This document shows, one piece after another, positions 1 to 6,972 of a stretch of 32,443 bases of DNA. The stretch lies in assembly GCA_964629935.1 (NCBI GenBank), contig CAZVSL010000003.1, positions 1 to 32,443 of the forward strand, in the 5' to 3' direction. Below the pieces are notes generated by a model. The model ran no database searches. It saw only the letters and a program-made list of their open reading frames with translations, and was not told the origin of the DNA. Each line of letters opens with the position of its first letter. The first letter of the stretch is position 1. The DNA comes from an uncultured Calditrichaceae bacterium (GTDB lineage: Bacteria; Zhuqueibacterota; Zhuqueibacteria; Oceanimicrobiales; Oceanimicrobiaceae). A program made the position numbers and the translations under genes.

Positions 1-1148
1 CAGCCGAATGCCGGGCCGAGATACGCGCCTTGCATGCCATCGCGGTCGTCGAAACGGTCGCGTTTATTGCCGAGCCAGATGTGCCATGCTGCCAGCGCTG
101 CTCCCAATGCTCCGCCAGCATCGCCTGCTGCCGGTTGGATCCAAATTTCTTGAAATGGCGTGCTCCCGGTAAGCTTGCCATTCGCGACGCTGTTTAATGC
201 AACCCCGCCCGCAAGCACCAATCGTGAACTTTTGGTCATTTCATGGGCGGTTCTGGCGATGCGGAGCACGATTTCTTCCGTGACTCTCTGTATCGCAAGC
301 GCCATGTTTGCATATTCTTGAGTGATCTCTGAGTTGGGAGCACGTCTGGCTATGCCAAAAAGCTCGCACCACTTCTTGTCGCGGCACATCTGTAAGCCGG
401 TGGCATAGTTAAAGTAGTCCATATTGAGAAGGATGGAGCCATCATCGCGGAGATCGACGAGATTGGTTAGGATCTTTTTCTTAAAATCAAGGGTTTGCGA
501 AGCTCCGGGATTGCCATAGGGCGCCAGCCCCATGAGTTTATACTCACCGCTGTTGACTTTGAATCCAACATAATAGGTAAAGGCAGAGTAAAGCAAACCG
601 AGCGAGTGTGGAAAGTGCAGCTCGTTCAGGACAGTGATGCGGTTGTCCTGACCGTGCCCGAGTGTCGTTGTGGCCCATTCACCGACGCCGTCGATGGTCA
701 AAATGGCTGCTTCATCAAACTGACTTGGATAGAATGCACTGGCTGCGTGGGACAGATGGTGCTCCGGAAACAGAAGCGGCGCCTTGCTGTCGCCAAGCCT
801 GGCAAGCTCATGGCGCAGCATACTCTTCATGAACAGTTTTTCTTTTATCCACACGGGAATTGCGGAGGTAAAACTCGCCAATCCTCTCGGGGCAAAGGCG
901 TGATAGGTTTCGAGCAGCCGTTCGAATTTCAAGAAAGGCTTATCGTAGAATGCGACAGCGGTCAGGTCGTCAGTCTTGAGCCCGGCTTCCGCCAGAACAT
1001 AGGCTGTAGCATGACCGGGAAAGGAGGCATCGTGCTTTTTTCTGCTAAAACGCTCTTCCTGTGCCGCGGCCACGATCTTGCCATCGATAATGAGTGCCGC
1101 AGCGCTGTCGTGATAAAATGCCGATAGTCCGAGTATCGCTTGCGCCAA
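1..1148 (-). CDS. Carbamoyltransferase, NodU/CmcH family (N-terminal ~382 aa; C-terminus runs off the window start)
   Basis: Absent from the ORF track because it has no in-window stop. My minus-strand translation from TTG 1148-1146 reads (M)AQAILGLSAFYHDSAAALIIDGKIVAAAQEERFSRKKHDASFPG...FYDKPFLKFERLLETY...LFPEHHLSHAASAFYPS...TIDGVGEW...SLGLLYSAFTYYVGFKVNSGEYKLMGLAPYG...LAGGVALNSVANG...IQPAAGDAGGALGAAL...GMQGAYLGPAFG. The frame stays open to position 3. This matches the conserved pattern of the carbamoyltransferase N-terminal domain. The exact start codon is uncertain. Confidence 0.85.
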   Translation of the reverse strand, partial: MAQAILGLSAFYHDSAAALIIDGKIVAAAQEERFSRKKHDASFPGHATAYVLAEAGLKTDDLTAVAFYDKPFLKFERLLETYHAFAPRGLASFTSAIPVWIKEKLFMKSMLRHELARLGDSKAPLLFPEHHLSHAASAFYPSQFDEAAILTIDGVGEWATTTLGHGQDNRITVLNELHFPHSLGLLYSAFTYYVGFKVNSGEYKLMGLAPYGNPGASQTLDFKKKILTNLVDLRDDGSILLNMDYFNYATGLQMCRDKKWCELFGIARRAPNSEITQEYANMALAIQRVTEEIVLRIARTAHEMTKSSRLVLAGGVALNSVANGKLTGSTPFQEIWIQPAAGDAGGALGAALAAWHIWLGNKRDRFDDRDGMQGAYLGPAFG

Positions 1149-1156
1149 TCTTTCAC

Positions 1157-1312
1157 CTAAAACAGAGTGTAGATAAAGGGGGCGATTGCTGTGCCGCTGG
1201 TCATATAGATCAGACCTCCCAGCAGAAACAGGGTAAGAATGATAGGAAGGAGCCAGAATTTTTTTCGAACCTTCATGAATTGCCAGAGTTCTTGCAAGAA
1301 TTCCATCAACAT
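1157..1312 (-). CDS. Small membrane protein, DUF5989-like (51 aa)
   Basis: Below the ORF-track size cutoff. The minus-strand ATG at 1312 is preceded by GAGGAG. It encodes MLMEFLQELWQFMKVRKKFWLLPIILTLFLLGGLIYMTSGTAIAPFIYTLF, ending at TAG 1159-1157. It has one TM helix. It sits 4 nt after the SxtJ-like stop and 8 nt before the carbamoyltransferase start, the arrangement I recall for DUF5989 genes. Confidence 0.7.
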   Translation of the reverse strand: MLMEFLQELWQFMKVRKKFWLLPIILTLFLLGGLIYMTSGTAIAPFIYTLF

Positions 1313-1316
1313 CTCC

Positions 1317-1700
1317 TCAAAATGGCTTTTCGAGATCCTGAGATTCGTATGTATGATTACGCGTCACCAGAACGGAATCGTTATTTTGCTTGAATGCTTT
1401 TAGCTGCAGAGAATCTTTGCCAAGCAATCTGCGCAACAGACCGACGGGTGTCACAACCAGAAAAAAAATCAGAGCAAGCACGATCCGCGGCACGACCAAT
1501 CCCAGCACATTCGACAGTCCGAGCCAGATGAAAGCCACAGGTTTATAAATGTTTGGCATGAGCATATCTAAAACCAGGGCTATCACCGCCAGTTGTACGT
1601 AGCCCGGGCGTTGCAAAAACAAAAACGTCAGGAGCAAAAGTAAGACAACAGCCATGCCGGTGTCTCTGCATTGCTCGCGTGTGATCGCATGGTAAGACAT
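1317..1700 (-). CDS. SxtJ-family small membrane protein
   Basis: 127-aa ORF with three or four hydrophobic helices (MAVVLLLLLTFLFL..., LAVIALVLDML, VAFIWLGLSNVLGLVVPRIVLALIFFLVV). It is the first gene of the tight SxtJ / DUF5989 / carbamoyltransferase triad. The family name comes from recalled sequence pattern and synteny. Confidence 0.65.
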   Translation of the reverse strand: MSYHAITREQCRDTGMAVVLLLLLTFLFLQRPGYVQLAVIALVLDMLMPNIYKPVAFIWLGLSNVLGLVVPRIVLALIFFLVVTPVGLLRRLLGKDSLQLKAFKQNNDSVLVTRNHTYESQDLEKPF

Positions 1701-1822
1701 GGTGCAAAGTTACATAACTCGCACAAGAAATACAAGCAGGATCGAGCCTATTCAGGATGTTTGGGCCTTTCAATGCGCACGAATCATTCCAGATAGTAGG
1801 AAAGGGATGGCCAGATGAGCCC

Positions 1823-2695
1823 TCATGCAGCGGACTGCATTTTGGCCACTTCCCAGCCGATGATCGCTTTCTTGCGGGCTGTGCCGCCGCCATAGCCGCC
1901 AAATTCTCCAAGCTTGCGAATGACGCGATGACACGGAATGAGAAAAGGAACGGGATTGCTTCCGATCGCATTGGCGACGGCACGAACCGCTTTCGGTTCG
2001 CCAATCTCATGGGCGATGTCGTGATAGGACACAACACGCGCGTAGGGTACTTTGAGCAAAGCCTCCCACACTTTCAACTGAAAATTCGTGCCTTTCAGAA
2101 ACAAATGAAACGGCACTTGTCGCTTAGAGCCGCCACATGTAAATATTTTCTCGATCAAGGGCGCTGTGCTGCTCGTATTCTCCACAAAACGCGCATGCGG
2201 CCATTTCTTTGTTACACTTTCCAGCTCACTTTCCGGACGCCCGTTCCTGACAAAGTCCAATCCGCAAATGCCCCGTTCCGTGGTTGAAAGCAGGCATTCG
2301 CCAAACGGCGTGGCATGGAAGCCATACTCGATGGTCAATTGCTCGCCGAGATTCTTGTATTCTCCCGGCGTCACGCCCTCGCACGTTACGAAGAGATCGT
2401 GCAGCCGGCCGGGGCTCGAGAGCCCGCTTTCGTAAGTGACGTCGAGAAGGTTGCGGGATTGCCGCAGCAGTTCTTTGGCGTATTCTTTTGTCAGAAACTG
2501 AATAAAGCGTTTCGGGCTGATTCCAACCCAGCGACTGAAAAGACGTTGAAAATGATACTAGCTGACATGGACGTTGCGCGCGATCTCCTCGAGCGATGGC
2601 TGGCGGTTGAAGTTTTGCTCCAGGTATTGAATCGCCTTCTCAATGCGGGCATAATCGAGCGCCGATTGTTGAAAATTCGCAGACATTTCAGACAT
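1823..2695 (-). pseudogene. Ada-like AraC-type HTH / methylated-DNA-protein-cysteine methyltransferase fusion, interrupted by an in-frame TAG at 2560-2558
   Basis: From ATG 2695 (SD GGAGGA 5 nt upstream) the minus strand reads MSEMSANFQQSALDYARIEKAIQYLEQNFNRQPSLEEIARNVHVS-[TAG]-YHFQRLFSRWVGISPKRFIQFLTKEYAKELL...LHDLFVTCEGVTPGEY. It continues in the same frame into track ORF 1823..2374 (...NPVPFLIPCHRVIRKLGEFGGYGGG). The total is 873 nt, or 290 codons plus the stop. The AraC HTH pattern and the PCHR methyl-acceptor motif are both present. Confidence 0.75.
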
Positions 2696-2783
2696 GTTGT
2701 TCCTCCGTTTGACTGCGAACAAGATAATCAAATTTGTGGCGCCAGGCCACCCGAATCTTGCGCTTGCGAAGCTGCAGGTTCGC

Positions 2784-5369
2784 TCAGGTTTTCGGCTTTT
2801 CGAGTTTGTATAATGCGTTAAAAATCAGCTTGAAGGTGCCAAAAGTCTGCGCACGGTGTTGCGGACGGAACGCATACAGGATAGCCCGTCCCTTGCCAAC
2901 GGGAATTTCCGCCAATGCGACGTTGTTGTGAAGCTGCTCTTCTCCCACAGCCCAGCCGCTGAGCAGGACATGGCGGTCGCCAAAAACGCCGGTTTCACGG
3001 ATCTCCCGATCATACATCTTGAGTTTCAGTACCAGTGACTTATTTTTGTATATCGGAACCGTCGCTGTCATGCCATAAGTTAAGGGCGAGCTCAAGTCCA
3101 GGTTGATCTCGTAGATGCTGCCAGGCGCGAAGTATTCGCTGCGGTTGGTTTCTTGCAGAACGTTTTGCGCCGGCAGATTTAGCTTCTCGATCGCAAAATT
3201 ACATGCTTCGCCGAAAAAGAGTACGGTGCCGCCCTCGTTTAGAAACTGTGCGATCTTATCCACACCGATTGCGCCGATCCCGCCAGTGTATTCTTTGCGA
3301 ATTTTAGGTGAGCCTAGTACTGGCTGCTCCGGAGTCTCAGGTTCACCATTTACTATCCAGTTTGTGTTTTGACTGCCAAATATCACCACATCAAAACTGT
3401 TGTTGAGTTTTGCACGCGACTTGAAATCTTCGTTGTGCAGAAGCGTGTAGTCAAATCCGAAGTCATCGAGAACCAGGCGAAGCCAACCTTCATCATAAGC
3501 CCAGGGTATCCATGGCTGATAGACGGCAATCCGCGCTTTCGTCAGTTTTCGATATTCAGGCAGGGTGTTGGCCCTTGCTGCAAACAAAGGTACTTCAAAA
3601 CGTTGGGCAGTGCCCTGAATGGCCTTGCCTTTTTCAGGGGTCAGGCTGAAAAGGAAGGTCCCTGCCGGCGCCTGCTCACCCTGCTCATGGGTTTGAAATA
3701 CTTCAATGCCGTTGACGATGAGCTCATTCACCAGTTTGAAGCTATGGGTGAATCTTCGCTCTGCATAAACCCAGCCGGAATCAGGCTGAGCTTCCGGTAG
3801 CGGCACAGTGGGTCGTTCAACTGAGCTCATTTCTGTTTTAAAGGGAGCCTCAATTTCTATTGCTTTGATATTGAATTGCAGGGGCAGGGTCCAGGCCGTG
3901 ACGTCATAAGGTTGCCTGGGCGGTCCGCCGGGATACTCACGCAGATTCGGATATTGCTGGATTTCCATTAAATCCTTGATGTATGCCCGCGCTGGCTGAG
4001 CCAGCGGGACCACGAATGCGTTTTCCGCAACCTCGCCGGATTCCGTTAAAATCGGAGTCTGACTGCGATAGATATCGACGTTGGCAATCCGCAGGCGGCG
4101 CAACAATTCGATGGCATTGTTCGGGTCGTGTTGGTCAACAGGCACCACGTAGGCAAAAGGGCCGCCCTGCTTTCCTGCTGTAATTGCGTCGCGGTTAAGG
4201 CGGTAGAAATTGCGTTTGTATTTTTGTTTGTAAGTTGCGGCCAGGTCCAACATAGAATAGGTTGCTGCTTTTTCTATTTCGATGATGTCCCGCAAACGCC
4301 ACCAGCCACCGGGCCACGGATCGAGAAAGTTGGTTTGTTGACGATATTCAGGCAGATCGATGCCCATACCTCGCAGGCTCGTTTTCGGAAAAAAGATGGG
4401 CGTGGCAATGTGCACGCTGGCGGCTTCCGTTAATATCCCGATGCGATTGTGCCACAGCGGCGTCTTGGACATGGTGCCCTCAAAAAAAGCATTGAAGATG
4501 GTACCGGTAACCACACCCTGAAAGCCGGCATCGTGCAAATCCGAAACCACATGTTTGCCCAGCGTGTTTACATGTGCCATGAGCGCAGGCGCCACGTTCG
4601 GGTTGACCGGATCGGCATAAGGCGGCAGAAAAAGACGGGCGCCGCGAGATCCCATTTGGTGCTGATCGAGCACGATCTCAGGGTACCAGTCGTGATAGAG
4701 CACGCCAGCTACATGTTGGCTTTCCACCAGATTGAAGAAGAACCAGTCGCGGTTGTTATCATGGTCGGCGTAGTGATGATACTTCATCGGCATGCGACTG
4801 CCTTCATACTCCGTGCCGACATCTTTCAGATACCACTCGGTGACCATGTCCTGGCCATCAGGATTTAGAGATGGTACGAGCAGGACAATGACGTTTTCGC
4901 GTATCTTTTTCATGCGCGCCGTTTCGGAAGTCGCCAATTCGTGGGCCAGCTCGACCGATTCCTGACTGGCTGCAATTTCGGTCGAGTGGATATTTAGCGT
5001 GATAAGAAAAACTAGCTTGCCTTCATGAATAAGGGTCTCAGCAATACTGTCCTTGAGATTAAATGGTCGCGCCAGTTGCTGCTGGATGTCTTGGTATTTT
5101 TCAAGCCTTTGAATGGTCGCCTGCGTACCAATAACCGCCATGATCATTGGTCGGTCGAGGGTGGTCTTGCCCAGTTCCACTACCTGCACGCGCGGAGAGT
5201 CTTTGTCCAGCATGGCAAAATAGGAGACAATCTGCTCCCAGTTGATCAATTTCCGGTCTGCTCCCATTTGAAAGCCGAAGACCTGCTCTGGCGACTTGAT
5301 CGTCTGGGCATGAAGACTGGAGAGCGATAAAATCAGTCCTGACACGACCCACAATGTCTTGCCTAACAT
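2784..5369 (-). CDS. Secreted M14-family zinc carboxypeptidase-like metallopeptidase (861 aa)
   Basis: The N-terminal signal peptide is MLGKTLWVVSGLILSLSSLHAQ. HSTE (an HxxE zinc motif), NPDG and a later DQHQMG His are typical of M14 enzymes. An AAGGA SD lies upstream of ATG 5369. The long C-terminal half is not peptidase-like. Confidence 0.8.
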   Translation of the reverse strand: MLGKTLWVVSGLILSLSSLHAQTIKSPEQVFGFQMGADRKLINWEQIVSYFAMLDKDSPRVQVVELGKTTLDRPMIMAVIGTQATIQRLEKYQDIQQQLARPFNLKDSIAETLIHEGKLVFLITLNIHSTEIAASQESVELAHELATSETARMKKIRENVIVLLVPSLNPDGQDMVTEWYLKDVGTEYEGSRMPMKYHHYADHDNNRDWFFFNLVESQHVAGVLYHDWYPEIVLDQHQMGSRGARLFLPPYADPVNPNVAPALMAHVNTLGKHVVSDLHDAGFQGVVTGTIFNAFFEGTMSKTPLWHNRIGILTEAASVHIATPIFFPKTSLRGMGIDLPEYRQQTNFLDPWPGGWWRLRDIIEIEKAATYSMLDLAATYKQKYKRNFYRLNRDAITAGKQGGPFAYVVPVDQHDPNNAIELLRRLRIANVDIYRSQTPILTESGEVAENAFVVPLAQPARAYIKDLMEIQQYPNLREYPGGPPRQPYDVTAWTLPLQFNIKAIEIEAPFKTEMSSVERPTVPLPEAQPDSGWVYAERRFTHSFKLVNELIVNGIEVFQTHEQGEQAPAGTFLFSLTPEKGKAIQGTAQRFEVPLFAARANTLPEYRKLTKARIAVYQPWIPWAYDEGWLRLVLDDFGFDYTLLHNEDFKSRAKLNNSFDVVIFGSQNTNWIVNGEPETPEQPVLGSPKIRKEYTGGIGAIGVDKIAQFLNEGGTVLFFGEACNFAIEKLNLPAQNVLQETNRSEYFAPGSIYEINLDLSSPLTYGMTATVPIYKNKSLVLKLKMYDREIRETGVFGDRHVLLSGWAVGEEQLHNNVALAEIPVGKGRAILYAFRPQHRAQTFGTFKLIFNALYKLEKPKT

Positions 5370-6082
5370 GCACAGTCCTTTAGTTCTGTTTTTTCAATCG
5401 TTACTGGATTACTCGGAGTTTTGTGGCTTTGATGAAGTTTTGAACAGAGAATTAACTTCTTGTTTGCGATTATATCAAGGAATTTCAGCATACTGTCATA
5501 ATTTGTAAGAAAGATGTAACATGAATGTCATAAGAAATAAACATGTGGTTATTTTATTTAAACATCGCTAAGCTGAAATTGTCAATATTTTTGTCCGCTA
5601 TTGTCGCAATATATCGCGAAAAAAATCACGCAAACGTTAAATTTTACTTGCTATCTTAAAAAAATTGTATTATTTTCTCTACCACCATAAATGGTATCAG
5701 GGGTTATTGTCTTGCCTTAAGGAAACGGACGGGGAGATCATTCCCAGCATAACACAGGTTAGACGCACGTCTGCGTTCAGCTTGAGTTACTCACCTTTTT
5801 GCTCGATAACGCTGATGTGCCAATGGCTCTTTTTGGTTATTGACACACCGGGCGAGTGCAGCATGAGTTGGATGTTAAAAGCTTCTAATATCACACCAGC
5901 GGGGACAGTTACCCGTATTTCGTCTCATTCCCACAAACTTAAAACGTTTCTATTATTTCGCAGCCAGACCAAGTAGATGGTAAATTATAGATACCATGGG
6001 TGAATAGTACCATCAGGATTCGACAATGAAGGTAGGTGTTCAACATACATCAAGAACCGACAATGAATAGGGAGGCACATAT
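5370..6082. promoter_or_regulatory. 713-bp AT-rich divergent intergenic/leader region upstream of the T4SS-like operon and the M14 peptidase gene
   Basis: No convincing ORF. The region contains ATTGTC(N0-2)AATAT twice (5578-5588, 5600-5612) and the ACCAT-AA-ATGGT palindrome (5684-5695). It also has ATGGTA-N9-TACCAT (5977-5997) and a perfect 10-bp direct repeat CGACAATGAA (6021-6030, 6058-6067). The SD GGGAGG (6070-6075) lies 7 nt before ATG 6083. Promoter positions were not resolved. Confidence 0.4.
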
Positions 6083-6376
6083 ATGAATCACAAAAAACAC
6101 TGGTTGCTTTCTTTGTTGAGTACGTGTTTTGTACTTTTCAGCTATAACTATTTGTTTGCCGACCCAATTGATGATATTTTGCGAATCTGGCAAGAGACCA
6201 TCTGGACCTGGGGCAAGAGGATTTTTTGGTTCTTTGCCGTGGGCGCTGCTGTCGTAATTGCAGCCTCGCCTGACAACAGGAAGAAGGCGACCTATGTGTT
6301 GTTAGGCGTTATCCTTTTCTATCTATCCCCTGTGATAATAGACTTCATACAACAAGCGGCAGGGCGACCATTTTAG
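6083..6376 (+). CDS. VirB2/TrbC-like pilin candidate (97 aa)
   Basis: Strong SD. The signal-like N-terminus is MNHKKHWLLSLLSTCFVLFSYNYLFA|DP. The mature ~70 aa has two hydrophobic helices separated by the charged loop SPDNRKK, which is the VirB2/TrbC topology. It is the first gene of an operon containing VirB4. The assignment rests on topology and position only. Confidence 0.55.
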   Translation: MNHKKHWLLSLLSTCFVLFSYNYLFADPIDDILRIWQETIWTWGKRIFWFFAVGAAVVIAASPDNRKKATYVLLGVILFYLSPVIIDFIQQAAGRPF

Positions 6377-6547
6377 ATTTGTAGCCGAAATGGGTTCCAA
6401 TTAGCTTCACAGCCGACGGCCATGAAGGTTGAGTTGTGAATATGAGTTGGGTGGAATCGGCTGAACATTTCATAAAGCAAGAATATCCTGCGGCTTGGTT
6501 AGCGCCGTTTTCTTGTTTTTGAATTCCTTCGGGTTTGTTTGACTGAT

Positions 6548-6570
6548 ACTCCAATCGCTGGGATTGGAGT
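6548..6570 (+). other. Perfect 9-bp stem / 5-nt loop hairpin between the pilin-like and VirB3-like genes
   Basis: ACTCCAATC (6548-6556), loop gctgg, GATTGGAGT (6562-6570). No U-tract follows, so it is not a canonical intrinsic terminator. It may be an mRNA-stability or attenuation element. Confidence 0.35.
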
Positions 6571-6690
6571 TGTCGTTGCTGTCATACTTATGAGTGTGAT
6601 ATTTCAAGCGAAGCGACTTATGAGAGAAGCCAGACCCAGAGGTCTAGCATTAATTCGAACAGATAATTGTTACCTTTAGCCTACTCACTT

Positions 6691-6969
6691 ATGGAGCACC
6701 TAATCGAGCAGACACTATCCAAGCAAACCCTGCAGTTTGGTTTGCGCTATCAGGACTACATTGCATTGGTGCTGGTTGCAACAGTCGGTAGTTTTTTTGT
6801 GTCACGGCTGGTGTTGACCATTGTGCTGCTTGTCATGGCCGGCGTTTTTCGATACATCAATCGGAATAAGCGCCGATTTTTCTGGTCTTCAGTTTATATC
6901 TGGCTAATCACAAACACCAATTTGACAATAAGGCAGACTAAGAAACTACCACCTTTGTTAAAGGACTAG
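6691..6969 (+). CDS. VirB3/TrbD-like small inner-membrane protein candidate
   Basis: The ORF of ~92-100 aa has ATG at 6691, and the track uses TTG at 6667. It has a long hydrophobic hairpin (YIALVLVATVGSFFVSRLVLTIVLLVMAGVF). It ends 3 nt before the VirB4-like start, the canonical VirB3 position. No clear SD, so the start is uncertain. Confidence 0.5.
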   Translation: MEHLIEQTLSKQTLQFGLRYQDYIALVLVATVGSFFVSRLVLTIVLLVMAGVFRYINRNKRRFFWSSVYIWLITNTNLTIRQTKKLPPLLKD

Positions 6970-6972
6970 GGG

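Noticed and set aside
495-1127. 210-aa + strand ORF
   Set aside because: It is antisense to the clearly conserved carbamoyltransferase frame on the minus strand. It has no recognisable motifs. It is a shadow ORF.
1094-1393. 99-aa + strand ORF
   Set aside because: It lies antisense across the DUF5989-like gene and the end of the SxtJ-like gene. It has no SD and no family resemblance.
1543-2287. Overlapping ORFs 1543..2037 (-) and 1757..2287 (+)
   Set aside because: Both overlap the MGMT-domain frame (1823..2374), which carries the PCHR active-site motif. Both are Arg/Cys/Pro-rich, which is typical of off-frame translation.
2315-2821. 168-aa + strand ORF
   Set aside because: It is antisense to the AraC-HTH portion of the Ada-like gene, whose minus-strand translation shows the conserved HTH pattern.
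5665-5976. 103-aa + strand ORF in the leader region
   Set aside because: It has a TTG start, no SD, and odd composition with no hallmarks of a folded or membrane protein. I treat the region as non-coding, and it is flagged as a leader in the findings.
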